A DNA stretch of 64,000 bases, taken from contig CM060734.1 in the NCBI GenBank assembly GCA_030704615.1, positions 29,078,001 to 29,142,000 of the forward strand, given 5' to 3'. Numbering within the stretch: the first letter of the stretch is position 1; the number at the start of each line of letters is the position of its first letter. The notes beneath the pieces are model-generated. The model was not told where the DNA came from. It did not search any database and saw only the letters and a list, made by a program, of their open reading frames with translations. Shown in pieces: positions 12,963-25,420 of the stretch. A program made the position numbers and the translations under genes. This stretch comes from Takakia lepidozioides (Eukaryota; Plantae; Bryophyta).

Positions 12963-13098
12963 TGCAATGCGGACATAACCAATCCCCATCAGGAACCATC
13001 TCAAGAGGTGGAGTCAAGCATCATATATGCCAACCTCTAGAGCATCGATCACACACCAGCATGGTGGCTGCCCCTCTAGCAGACCCACACAACATGCA
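12963..13098 (-). pseudogene. PHD finger at the C-terminus of B1 integrase
   Basis: Manual translation: CMLCGSARGAATMLVCDRCSRGWHI*CLTPPLEMVPDGDWLCPHC (C4HC3). Confidence 0.9.
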
Positions 13099-13100
13099 CC

Positions 13101-15800
13101 TCAAACTTGCAGGTACCACTGCCAGGTTTGGGTCAATCCTGCCATCGACATTCGGACGGTGACATGGCGCGCAATTACGCAAGTCATGCCATCCCGACCC
13201 TCCAAGATCAAGATGCCTGAGGGCAATACCTCTCGAACCCTCAAAATAACACGTCCTGCAGTCACATCCAGGGTCGTTGGAGTAGTCTGCTGCAAATAAA
13301 CATAGTCACCAAGGTGAAATCTCCGAACCTCAGGATGATAGCCCCCACCACATATGATAGCATACCTCAACGTATCACAATGTTGTGCAATGGCAAGGTT
13401 CTCGAAAGCCATAGGCATGACTTTCTTGAACAACTCCGCGCGCTGACCACATGCACGTGCCCACACGTCCGGATCGAGAAGGAGGCAAGTGATGCTTGCT
13501 TGCTAAACCTGTAGCCCATGGCTAACCAGGGTAACTGAAGGTCCCAATCTCCTAGGTGTCCCTTCTACAAGCCATACTTGTGCAAACCCCTCTTCACTAT
13601 CTGAACAACCCTCTCTGCCAAGCCATCGGCCTCAGGATGATCCCGAGAAGTGGTGCGGTGGTCTACCAAGGCCTTGTCACACAACGCCCGAAACTCCCCC
13701 AAGAACTCTCTCCCTTGGTCCGTGAGTACCTCAGCTAGAGCACCGAATCGGCTAAGTACACAATCCAAGAATGCATACGCAGCTCCCTCACTAGCCTTAT
13801 CAGGCAATGGAACCAACTCGATCCACTTGGAAAAGTGCTCCACCATCACCAACACGTACTTGTTGTGGCGCATGGTCAATGGCAACGGCCCTGCAAAGTC
13901 AAGACTCCACCTGTAGCCCAATCCCATGATCGGAAGATGGTGCAATTGTGGTGTAGGGGCGTTGAATGAAGCACGCACCCTGTCACACACTATGCACCTA
14001 GCCACAAATTGTTGCACCTCTGTGTGTATACCACGCCACCAATATTGTCCATGCAGTAGACCATGAGTGCGTCGCACCCCAAAATGCCCCCAACTCCTCA
14101 TGGGCATGCCGCACTAACCGTGCCCGCTGGGTTGGGTGAGGCACAATCCTCACTCAACCATCCTACCACACTCGGAGCAGGTGTGTCCGCTCCCACTTGA
14201 ACCTGTTGGCTCGTTGTAGGATCCGATCCCTCTCCTTGGCAGTCACAGTGCCTGCCGTGCCCCCAGTGCGGAGATAGTCCAACACAGCTAAATCCTCATG
14301 TATATCTTTGGCGCCACCTTGCTCATTGTTAGCCTTAGGGTCCTCAGACACTCGGTCTATAGTCATCCCTGTTGTAGGTCCAACCTGGCTTTCCGCTGCC
14401 AAGATACACAGAAATGCAGATGCATGCCATCTGGGCACCATCTCCTTGTCCGTCTCACCATGCCACCGAGCTCCAGTGTCATCCTGCTGGCTCGTGCATG
14501 GATTGCGACTCAACCCATCCGCATCCGGATTGACCAAACCCGGTCAATGCACAACCTGAAAGTCATACTCTTGAAGTATGAGTGCCCACCGTGCAAGCTT
14601 CCCCGTAAGCTTGTCTGACTCCATCAACCACTTGAGTGGCTGGTGATCCATGACAAGGGTGAAGAGATTGCCATACAGATAGCACCTGAAGTGTGCCACG
14701 GCCCACACTGCAGCTAAGCACTCTTTTTCATATGAGCTATACTTAGTCTTTGCAGCGTTGTTCGAGCGGCTAGCATAAGCCACTACAAACTCTCTTCCCT
14801 CATCATCCACCTGTGTGAGCACCGCTCCAAGCCCCATCATGCTCCAATGTGTATGTAGCTGAAAAGGACGCCCCCTGATAGGTCATCTCAAGATGGGCGC
14901 CGAGGTCAACCTCCTTGAGCTCTTGGAAAGCTCGTTCTTGCTCATCTTCCCACTGCCACTCCTGGTCCACCTTGCTCAGCTTGGTTAGAGCCTTTGCAAT
15001 GGCACTAAATCCCTTGACAAACCGTCTATAATAGTTTGCCAACCCCATGAAAGCTCGAACTCGACTCACATCCGTGGGGCGTGGAATCTGTGCAATGGCC
15101 TCTACCTTAGTCTGTTGTACCCCCAATCCTCCAGGATATATCATGTGACCCAGATACTCAATCTGGTTGTGGAAAAACTTGCACTTCCCCGGATGTAACT
15201 TCAATCCGTGCGCCCTCAAGCGCTCAAATACCACCTGAAGGTGTCTCTCATGCTCCTCCACCGTAGCACTAAAGATGATGATGTCATCTATGTAGCACCG
15301 AGCAAACTCCACCCCTGCTAGAATCCTGTCCATGACTCTCTGAAACTCTGCAGGAGCATTCTTAAGTCCAAATGGTAAGAACCGCCACTGGTATAGGCAA
15401 TCTTTCCCGTGCTCATTGATCCCCCAGAATGTCGTCTTCTGCTTATCCGCCTCCTTGATCGGCAACTGGTGATATCTAGATCGTAAATCCAAAGTGCTAA
15501 AGACCTTGGCATGCCCAATGGCATCAAAGATCTCCTCTGGTGTTGGCATGGCATACCTATCGGACTTGGTCTGACAATTTACAGGCCGGTAATCACCGCA
15601 CATACGTCTCTCCGTCAATTGCCATAGACATCCCTCTTGGCTGACATCACTGTGGCTGAAAGCATACTCTCCACCAGATAGTTCCACCAAACCAACCTCC
15701 AGAGGTCCTGAGTCCTCATCTGAATCAAGGACCTCTCCATGTCACTGTATCTATAGGGTATCCGAAAGATGGCGTGTCAGTGGCCAATTCAATGCGAATC
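13101..15800 (-). pseudogene. pol: B1 RT, RNase H and integrase
   Basis: RMCGDYR, FSTLDLRS, PFGLKNAPAEFQR, YIDD; GLGAVL, YASR, YEKECLA; GHFG..YWW..CIVC, DFAGP, TDQGREF, HPEADGLAER. Confidence 0.95.
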
Positions 15801-16289
15801 TCTTGACCCTTCAGTGCTCCCAAGTCCTTCAAACTGAAGGCAAAGTAGTTCCTGTAAGCCCTCAAGAACCGCCGTATACGTCGTCTCTCTCCTTCGGTGA
15901 CTATGGGTCCAACATCAGGCTCCCAGTTATCCTCCGTGACTGCAACCTTGAGTCCAGCAGGCTTAGAAGTAGAAGACGCATCCCGTGGTTGCTATGCTGC
16001 AACCTCTTGAGCAGTGACCACTGCCTGCTCTGTCAGTGACAATGTCTCATCCTGCCCCATCATCCTATCCGTAAGGACCTCCTCAACCCAAGAAAAATCC
16101 CCAACCTCATCCATCACCGCCGCCTTGGCTGCCAACTCCCTCTGAACCTCGAGCACCTCCCACGTGTGCCATGGATGCAGCCTGCATCTCGTGGTTCTCA
16201 CCTGTTCGCCCCCACTCGCTACTTGTACCGTCTCGGTAGGCAGAGAGACCATCAAGGGAAGTGTACTTCATACTCTGCGCTGCTCAGCC

Positions 16290-17240
16290 ATAGCCAAGCT
16301 GATAATCCAGGTCAAGCAATTGAGATCCATTGCTTGCCCCAACACCTGACGACGTGATCCCTCAGAAAGAGATGGCACCGCAGTTGTACCAGTGGTAAAA
16401 CCCATCGCCCGCTCGCGCTCGTCAACATTGGGCTCCACTAATTGTTGCAACTGGCTATCCCACAAGAGGCCAGGTCCACCATCCCGGAAAGCATGAGATC
16501 CTGGAAAGCTGAACAGTGTAGGCAATGCTGCTCGTGGGTGACCCACCTTATTGACCACTGCCAAAGGTGATCGGTCATCGTGTCTCACATGCTGAGACTG
16601 CCTCCCTATGTCCAAAATGCTATCAACCGTGAGGTTTGGTGGCTGCTGCACCCCATCAAATGCACGCTTGAGCATTGCAGGTGGCATCAAGTTGGTCCAC
16701 CATAGTCGTGGGCGATGAGCCCGTGACCCTACTGCATCTGCATCCAGCAACACTGCTGATCCAAGCCAAGACCGTACTTGATGTACACTAGCCATCACCT
16801 TGGCCCGAGAATCACCCATCAATGGCACATTCTCCAAGAATATGCCGGGAGAGTCTGTCTGCTGAAGCTGTAATAGCGCATGACCCTCAACATCTCCCAA
16901 AACAGGGTGACCTTGAGGTCTTGTAACCTATTGCCATACCCAGAGTTGATGAAAGCCCTTGGCAGGGCCAACCTGACTACTACTAAGTGAATAGGGCCAA
17001 CCCGCTCCAAATCATGCGCCCCCCAGCAAGAGATGTCTGCTGGCAAGGCTTGTTGGTATCCACGAACTGCAGACACTGGCAACAAATCAAGGTACTGCTG
17101 CACCAACTGAGCAACATGGCGCATGAGACGCGTCATGCAGTCTCATCCCTCTCCACATATAGGTAACGTCGAACTCGTACACCTGCCTGCAACACTGCAG
17201 CCAATCCAGTGCAATCCTGCCAAACAAGTCCAGAAGGCAT
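16290..17240 (-). pseudogene. B1 C5-cytosine DNA methyltransferase domain (DNMT3-like), frameshifted
   Basis: ICLLDLFG..GLAAVLQAG (I), GWPCQG (IV), LENV (VI), RAHRPRLWWTN (VIII), ERERAMGF (IX), RRQVLGQAMD (X). Confidence 0.92.
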
Positions 17241-17558
17241 ATGCCTTCATCCGGGCACTGCCACACAAGAGGGTGTGGTGTTCAATGGCGACAACTGAGG
17301 GGTCCTGGTGCAATCACCGCACTCTCCTCCTCTCCTGATGGTACAAAGGCCTCTACCCAGGCTTGTTGCACCGTCTATCAGCAGCCTGCTGCAAATCCTT
17401 GCTTGTACCCCACAATGGAATGTGAGCAACCATGGCAGGCAACTCCGCCATACCATGCATGTCATCTTGCTCTGCTGGAGGTGGCACATCCTCTGCATGG
17501 GCATTTCCCTCCAGCAACTCTCCAGGCCAACTAACTGCAGCTGTGAAGGCTGCTAGTG

Positions 17559-20080
17559 CTAGTGTTGGTATCTGCCCCGTTGGGCAGCAGCAACACCCAA
17601 ATGAACGTCACAAGGAGCTGTACATGACGACCATCCCCTGACTGCCATCCAGGCTTTGTAGGATGCTGACTCCTCCCAAAAATCCAGGGTGAAGCCCATG
17701 GGATACAACACTGCCCCACCAACGAGGACATCGTAAGAGACCGCGTCTGTCACAATGGCCTTGACTTGCATCACTGAGCCATCTATAGGATGATCCGGCT
17801 GTAGTCTAATGGCCAACTCACGCCGTGTCATGCCCCGAGCCTGCTCTGATCCTCCCAGAGATGTTTGTATCTGGAAAGGACAAGGCTCCATATCCGCCTC
17901 CAACCCTGCAATAGCAGCTCTGCCCAACATCAGTGGCTGAGCTCCCAAGTCCAACAAGACTCGCAGTGGCCAGTACCTCTTGCCTGCCGGTCCACTCAAG
18001 AGAAAAATGTCATCCTGATTGTCTAACAAGACAACTCCAGGTGTCACCATGGCGCGCTCAAAGGCTGGCCTAGCTGGCAACTCCGTCAACCTGGCAGCTG
18101 CAGCTTGCCATGGCGCAGCCGTGGCAGTCTTGACTCTCAAATCCGAGGATCCCTCTGCCACTACACCTTCCACTAATTCGCAGAAGATGAGAGAATCTTC
18201 CACTTTCGCAGAGTGTGTGCTAGTCTAAACACTGCAGTTGGTCTTACCCCCGGCGTCGCAATCATGGTTGTCGAGAACAGTGGGCCTGACGAATAGAGGT
18301 GGCCGCCCCCAACAACACAGTGCTTGCACTAGCCTTGGCGCAGGGTGTCAGTGAGTGCACGGTAGCTCTCCCCAATGGCACAATAACATCCGCCTCGGTA
18401 TCCATAGGGCGAGAACTAGGTGCCATGGATGGTGTCAACACTATCTCCGCCAAGATGAATGATTGAGGCAAACTAGCCTGACGGCTTGCCTCCCCACGCT
18501 GTGGATCCAACTCCACCTCTGCACCTCGTGGCTCAGGAACTCGTGCTGCTCCTCGAGTGACGGCTGCAGCAGAATCCACCTGTATAAGTGGCCATTCATG
18601 TGCTGCCCCGCACATAAATCCCATGCCTCCCATGTCTCCTCCGTCAAGATGACGCTGTGTGAGAGGAGGAACAGGAGGTGGACCTCAGGTCTTGGAGCTG
18701 GTACAATCTGAGCTGTGGCCATGGCAGCAAGCCGTTGCTCTAGCTGCTGAAGCCGGTTGACCATGCCTTGATCAACGCCCTGACCTCCACGTCCTTGGCC
18801 ATACTGTGCTTGCCCTCATCCTGAACCTTGTGCCTGACCACCTCGTCCTCTCTGAGGTGCTCCACCTTGCCCTCGGCCACCATTGTTCCCTTGGAATTGG
18901 CCTCGCCGCAACCCAGGGTGCAAGTCATAACACTGGGCATCTCTATGCCCATACTTGCCACAATGCCCACACTGCAATTGTGCAGGCTGTGCTTATGCGG
19001 CCTTTTGCACTTTCTGGGCAATCTTTCTTGACATGGGGTCCTCCACATGTCCATATACCACCCTTGTTGCGGTGGGCCTGCCAAAAAAGAAGCTACTGCC
19101 TCTGCACCTGAGGTCCCCTGGTAAGCTCCATGGAATTTGGGTTGGGCAACCTTGCCACCCTGACCACGCTGTTGGGCAGTCCCTTGTACCTATTGGCTGG
19201 CAGCTGCGCCTCGTGCAGGCATGTCCTTGCCAAATCCAATGGTAACAACTCGCTCCTCCACCATGTTGAGCTCAATCCGCTCAGCCAACAGAACACACAT
19301 CTGCTAATGTGGGTTGGGCCCGCTTGTAACAGGGTTGCATTCCCGCACCTTCTCCTGAGCTCTTTGTCCAAAATTCCATACCAGAATTGGACTGCCTGAG
19401 CTTCAATAACCCCTTGGGTCACACTTACCAAGCGCCTCATACGAGTATAGGCCTCTCGCAAGCTCTCACTGGATTTGCGCTGGAAGTCTTGCAAACTTCG
19501 CAGCTTCTCTGTCCGTACGCCTTGGTAGTTCGTCCGCAACTCCTGGAAGAACTCCACCACATGTGTTGTAGTCGTGGCAGGAGGAGTAGTAGCACCTTTT
19601 GAACTGGTACCACCTGCAGACAAGTACCGGCACTACTTGTTCCACTACTAGTGCTGGTAGTGGGAGATATTGGTGCTGATGCAGCTATTGGTCGCGTCGT
19701 GCCTCGGAGTAATGGAGACGTAGTCAGGTGACCAATACATCCTCCACTCCTCAATCTCTGCTTATGTCTCGCCTGAACTCGTGGTAACGTTCGTCCATAG
19801 GCGGGGCCTTCCAAATGCTGGAACAGTCCATTCCACGCCATGAAGGGGTGGTGATGGGTGAACAGTTGTGGATTGCGCAGCTGCTGCAAATCACACCAGC
19901 TGTCGAACTCCAAGATAAAGTCATCCAGCTCGATTGTGCCCACAGCTCTAGAGTACCTACGAGGCCCCTTGGTAGCTCCATACATCTACTCCATGTCGTC
20001 CCACAACAATGGCGAATGAAACTGCACCACCTGTTGATGAAGCCTCCGAGTCTGTGTCTGACTCTGCACTAGTTGAGGGT
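17559..20080 (-). pseudogene. gag-pro: B1 gag and aspartic protease
   Basis: LDDFILEFDSWCD, FQRKSSESLREAYTRM, two CCHC knuckles (~18930-19060), RVLLDLGAQ...YDVLVG. Confidence 0.85.
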
Positions 20081-20432
20081 GGAGGTGAAGGTGGTCTTGA
20101 ACGAAACACCTCGTCTGGTGAACCACTCTTACTGCTAATGCTTTATGCCGTTCACTCCCTCAAAACCCTTGGGTAACTCCGTGATGACAACTCACAACCA
20201 AACCTCCAACTCACAACCAAACCTCCTCCATGTCGTCCCACAACAATGGCGAATGAAACTGCACACCGTTGATGAAAGCCTCCGAGTCTGTGTCTGACTC
20301 TGCACTAGTTGAGGGTGGAGGTGAAGGTGGTCTGAACGAAACACCTCGTCTGGTGAACCACTCTTACTGCTACTGCTTATAGCCGTACTCCCCTCAAACC
20401 CTTGGGTAACTCCGTGATGACACTCACAACCC
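19985..20432. repeat. ~240-bp tandem duplication at the B1 gag start
   Basis: CTCCATGTCGTCCCACAACAATGG...CCGTGATGACA at ~19989-20190 and ~20227-20422; single copy in B2. Confidence 0.9.
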
Positions 20433-22729
20433 ACACCTCCCCCACGTGACACTATAAGGCTCTAGTACTAATTCTAATAGTGACACGGGTGAGCACCTGT
20501 TGCGGATTAAGGGTCATATCCCAGTGGCTAAGGGCACCTGTACCTGCATCCACCGCAAAAGAACTCCTATGGTTGGCTGGTCATCAAACCTAGCCTCACC
20601 ATAGAAGAAACACTGGTGGTCTTGCTGGTCATCACTCCAACCTCACCACCGACAGCATACTCTAGGATTGACCGTTGAGTATGTAGATTTCCACAATCTG
20701 CAGGTCCTCGCGCAAAATTGAGTCAAACAGCCTTTGTATGACAAAGTTATGGCCAAACAGGCTCTTTAAACATAATATATGTCATTCAAATGAAAAAATC
20801 TATTTCCAATAATCCGTCTTGGTTCCCTGTGTTCCTGGTTCCCTGCGAATTCTAAGTTCTCCACTATAAACAACATTTTTGAGCTCCCAGCACGAAAATA
20901 TCTTGGGCTATGATCCACTCTGTCCGGCCTCCATTTATAGAATGTAAAGATCACCACACAGCAAGAATCTGGAAGGAATGACAAGGGAGTTAGTTCATCC
21001 CGAACCTGTTTCGTTAAATCCAAGATGCGATCTTGCAAGCATGGTCGTTACAACTGTACCAGCCGTTTTGGTAACTATGGCCATGCTGCTCGTTCTTTGG
21101 AGAAATCTTGAACTTCGGGAGTTTGCTGTGCAGGGATTATCTGTCCTCAAACGTGCACCGGCGTCCTTCTCCCTCGTTCAGGAAGCCTGGATACCACAGA
21201 CACGTCTTGTCATGCGTCAAGCATGGCTATGTACTGCAGGGGGGCAGATGCGCATTTTTGTGTGTAGGTTGCGATGGCAAGGTGCATGGCATAAACAAGC
21301 TGGCGTTGTGTGGATGTGCGAGGAGGTGTGTGGGCTAGCTCAAGCCGTTGTCACTTGTAAGGACGATGTAGCCGCCTCCATGGCTTTCTAGCATGCAGTC
21401 CCAGTGGGTGATGACAATGTTATTTTTGGTTTCTCTGCAGCTATACGAGCCATATCTTCAACAAAATATCAGCTATAGTCAGCTTATAGCTATGGGCTCT
21501 AGCCACACAGTTGATGGCTGCAAAGAGGCCTGGAGACCTTACCCAAGCCTTGATGGAAACTAGGTGTCGTGTCTGCACCCCTTCATCAACCCTATTCTTG
21601 CTCTCATTGTCTATGGCAATCCACAGCTAATCGAGGACAGCACTGCACCATCGCCACTTGGCCTTTCATCCATGCTCGTTTTTTTATAAAAATTATTACA
21701 GAGACCCGTCCAAGTCCAAGATCGAATTCTCAAGCATAATCACCAAGCCTCACTTGTTTGTTGATCTTATTTGACTACAATATTCCACCGGTTCTGCTGT
21801 AACTATTCCACATGAAAGCCAACGACGGCACAATCTGCCTTCATGCCAGCCTGTCCCTGCTCGCTGACAAGAAACCAACAATAGCCAGCCACTTCTCAAT
21901 TCGGCCTTTTCTGATTGCACACCATGATATATGCATGAACAACTCACCAAATCGTTTGTCATCAGTACCGATATAACATTGGCACGACGACTTGTAGACA
22001 TGACCCAATCCACCCGTCCATACCTTGGCTGCTCACTATGCGCAGGTCTGAAACCATCAGTCTGCTCAGGAATTACCTATAGCATGGTATTTTTATCTCT
22101 GCAGCTGAAGTCGAAGACCACGGTCCACCTACTCGCGTAACCAGCTGCACCTCCTCCCTTCTAACCACCAGATCTTCACAATGAGGCTTGCATCCTAGCC
22201 TTGTGAGACAACAATAATGCTGATCGTTTCACCATGCTCGGCTCTCAATCTGCCGCTCAGCCAGTGACTGTTATAAAGGTAGAATACCCATGCACTTTCG
22301 TGTTACCGCTTTCAACACACAGAAGCCTAACTTGCCATTGCACCCTCGTGTTTCTCTCTCATCTTCACACAAAACCCACAAGTGCTAAAAACTAATTAAG
22401 CTCACATCTTGCACTCACAGATGCAAACTCATCTCTCTCGAGTGAAAAGATTCACAAAACCAAACCAACATTTTACTCATAAAATAAGAATCAAGCCACT
22501 GCACCCCCAAGGCTTAGGGGAATCAACAGTACACGCGCCATAGCCAACGCGGGAGGCTCAACTCGAGAGAGATGAGCCTCGCCGCGCGTTCGCCATGAAG
22601 ATAAGCCACGCCCATGGGCCAACAAATATCTTGATCCCTGGGTTGACACTTGGATCAAGCCCAAGTGTCATATATAAAAACTAGTTATTTATTGGCTAGT
22701 TTCACACTACTAGTAAACTTTACTTGACA

Positions 22730-25403
22730 TCCTTCTCATCTCCTTCTCTTTTTTCCTTCTCCTTTTCTTTCTCCTTCCCCTTCTCCTTTTCCTTCTCCTT
22801 CTCCTTCGACTTGTCTTTGTCCTTTGTCTTTGCTGGTGACTTGGCTGTGCCATCTGCAGCCTTGTCTTTGGGTTTGCGCCCACACTTCTTGCCCTTCTGG
22901 GCTATTTCCTGAGCGTCAGGCTCCTTGGCAGCCAGTGCTGCTATGTTTCTTTGGTACTCCTCATCGTTCAGATGTGCCAGCATCTCAGCATGATTGTTCA
23001 AGTATTTCATTTGCTGCTCCTGGAAAGTTGTGTGCTCAGGAGGGCAGGCCAGGTACCAACCACAGTCCCTGAAGTGTGCAAGACTCCAGTCCTTCAATAT
23101 CCCTGCAGTATACATGGTTGGATCGTTTCCCTGGTCCGACCACATGTCAAGATAATCCGGGACACCACTGAGGTGATTTCCATCCATCAGCCCATATTTT
23201 GTGTATCTGCGAACCACGAGACAAACTGGAAATCAACCTCTCTATGCAGAAGCCCGTTGTTCTCAAAGTGAATGTTGGCACCGACATTCAGAAATTTGTG
23301 AGAGAAACACTGCACTGTAGAACTATTGGCACCCTAGAAACGTACAAGATCTTCTCGGTATAGAAGCTCACACTAGCTTTGGATGCGATGGTCGTCAACG
23401 ACAGTCACAAAATTCCATTCAAGAACATTGCCAACACACCCTAAGTTCCCTAATCCAAGTGAATGAAATCTCTGTCCATAAGATCTCACAGTCATGGAAG
23501 TGAATGTCGGCACCGACATTCACTTCCTACCATTGAATGTTGGCACCGACATTTGATTCCTATCAGTGAAGAGCCCTTCTAACAGCGCCTAAGGATTACT
23601 CAGAAGATGCAACATAGATTCTAGTTGGAAATGCACATGTACACAACTCGCATCATGGCCCACTCCCCCCCAACCTGACTGTCAAAGTTGTTGGACCGCA
23701 GAATGTTACCATCCTTCGAAAACTCCTGGAAAAAACAGTAACGCCAAGTGAGACCTCTCCACTTCCTGATGTATGCTTCCAATATCATTTGAGGCGGGGA
23801 AACAATAGAAATGTTCAGGTCCTTCAAATTCTGCTGGAGGACAAGGATGACGCGCTTCTCCAGCTGCAAAGGGTACATTTGTCAGTTTTGCAAATAAGGT
23901 AGTCATGACATTCATGAAGTCAACAAAGATGAAACTTCAATGAATACACACCTGACTCCAAAATGTAGCCTTGTGAAGCCAGTTGTCAAACACAATGTCA
24001 CTTATTCCCTCCACCTTTGTACCTGTATAGTGCTCTTAGGGAACTGATTCAAGTCCTTCACTGTCTGATCTGAGTTTCAAATCTCCAGCCATCTAATTTT
24101 GGTTTGGGGGTCAACCATGGAGATGGCCAGCCTGTGCAATTTCTCTTGCTGCATCTCCGGGTGCACGTGCTTGTCATAGTGAGATTTGATCTACAGAAGG
24201 AACTCATCTCCAAGGCCAGGATATACTATTCTAAGCTGCTTAGAGAAGGCGGACATCAGTTTGGTTCTCCGAATTTCATACTCCTTCTTTATTGCTGCCT
24301 CCACACCGTTTGATGTCCTAAGTTCCTCTGTTGTAGTGCGGTAATATTTGGATTTCCCCTTCTCAGCTGCCTCTGCTAGTTCTTGCTGCATTGATCAAAG
24401 TAGGGATGAGAAAAAACAAATTACAAACATGTATTCAAAAAGGCAAGTGAGTACAGGCTCGGCCTTACCACATACATGTATTCCAGAAACGCCTCTCGAG
24501 TCAAAGAATACCAAGTGCCTGCAGCTCTTCCTGTTTCACACTTCTTGATTATATCGGGGTGGAGTACTGTGTGAAAATCATCCAGCTTCATTCAGACCAA
24601 TCCTCTGAACTCGGAACAGTGTGTGGACCAAGCTTGTTGTCACATGCGATTTCTGTGTCGATTTGCAAAAAGATTGGAAACAATGCATTGGTAAACATCA
24701 TTTTTTGGTGGGATCAACAAGACATTGGAGAGGCAATGGAGTCTCTAGGATGACTTACTAGTTCACGTCGTGCATAGCTGTAAGAAGACTACCGATGTCG
24801 TTTCCAGGATCCAGAACCATTGCCTCTACAATAACATGCTTGTCTTTGTCTTTTGAATGATGTTTCTGAATGTATCCCATCCATGCCAGCAATCGGTGGT
24901 TGCCGTCCCAGACGTAGAACATGTGGTTGCAGATTTGCTGGGTGTTTCTTCCCATCATGAGGCCCAGCTCGAACTCCTCATTAACATCCTTCCAGCACTC
25001 ATCCCAGGTATCTATGATCTCAGGAGACACTAATGTGCTTTTCCCATTTGTATCCGTCAGTGACACATAAAAAACTTGTGCACCAAGTCACGAAATCAGT
25101 TTCCAATTTTGTAATGTCATGGGAAAGAGGAGGATACACAACAGACATAGATATCATCCGGCATAGTGGGATGTCCAAACGCCCTCCAGAGACGAGCATG
25201 TCCCTAATAACCTCCTGAGAGTTTACCTTCTGGAATGACATGAAATCTTTCACCTTGTCAAGGTAGTGCACTTCAGGTTCATCTGCTTCATCGCTATTCT
25301 CAGAGCTCTTGGCAGACTCGTCCCCATCCCCAGAACCTTTTGCCTCTGTTCCTATCTGCTTGGACTTCACGGTTTTCTGCACGATGCCATGCCGATCAGA
25401 CAC
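22730..25403 (-). pseudogene. E1 cargo gene, 5' exons: ParB/Srx-like domain plus helical region
   Basis: LDIPLCRMISM...FYVWDGNHRLLAW; exon-by-exon similarity to 43023-46040; frame continues EGDEKD|FTAGRY across the B1 insertion. Confidence 0.75.
23268..23556. repeat. Intronic 24-bp palindrome cluster (GTGAATGTCGGYACCGACATTCAC)
   Basis: Copies at ~23268, 23385, 23500, 23533; another at 11867. Confidence 0.85.
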
Positions 25404-25420
25404 TGAGTTATGTGCAAATA

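Larger units (their letters stand above)
12615..22729 (-). mobile_element. DNMT-encoding Ty3/gypsy-type retroelement B1 (complete, no matching LTRs)
   Basis: TCCT duplicated at 12611-12614 and 22730-22733; ends TGTCA...TGACA; order gag-PR-DNMT-RT-RH-INT-PHD; PPT at ~12701-12710. Confidence 0.9.

Noticed and set aside
20640-22729. A long 5' LTR for B1
   Set aside because: No counterpart at the 3' end; only 83 bp separate the PPT from the TSD.
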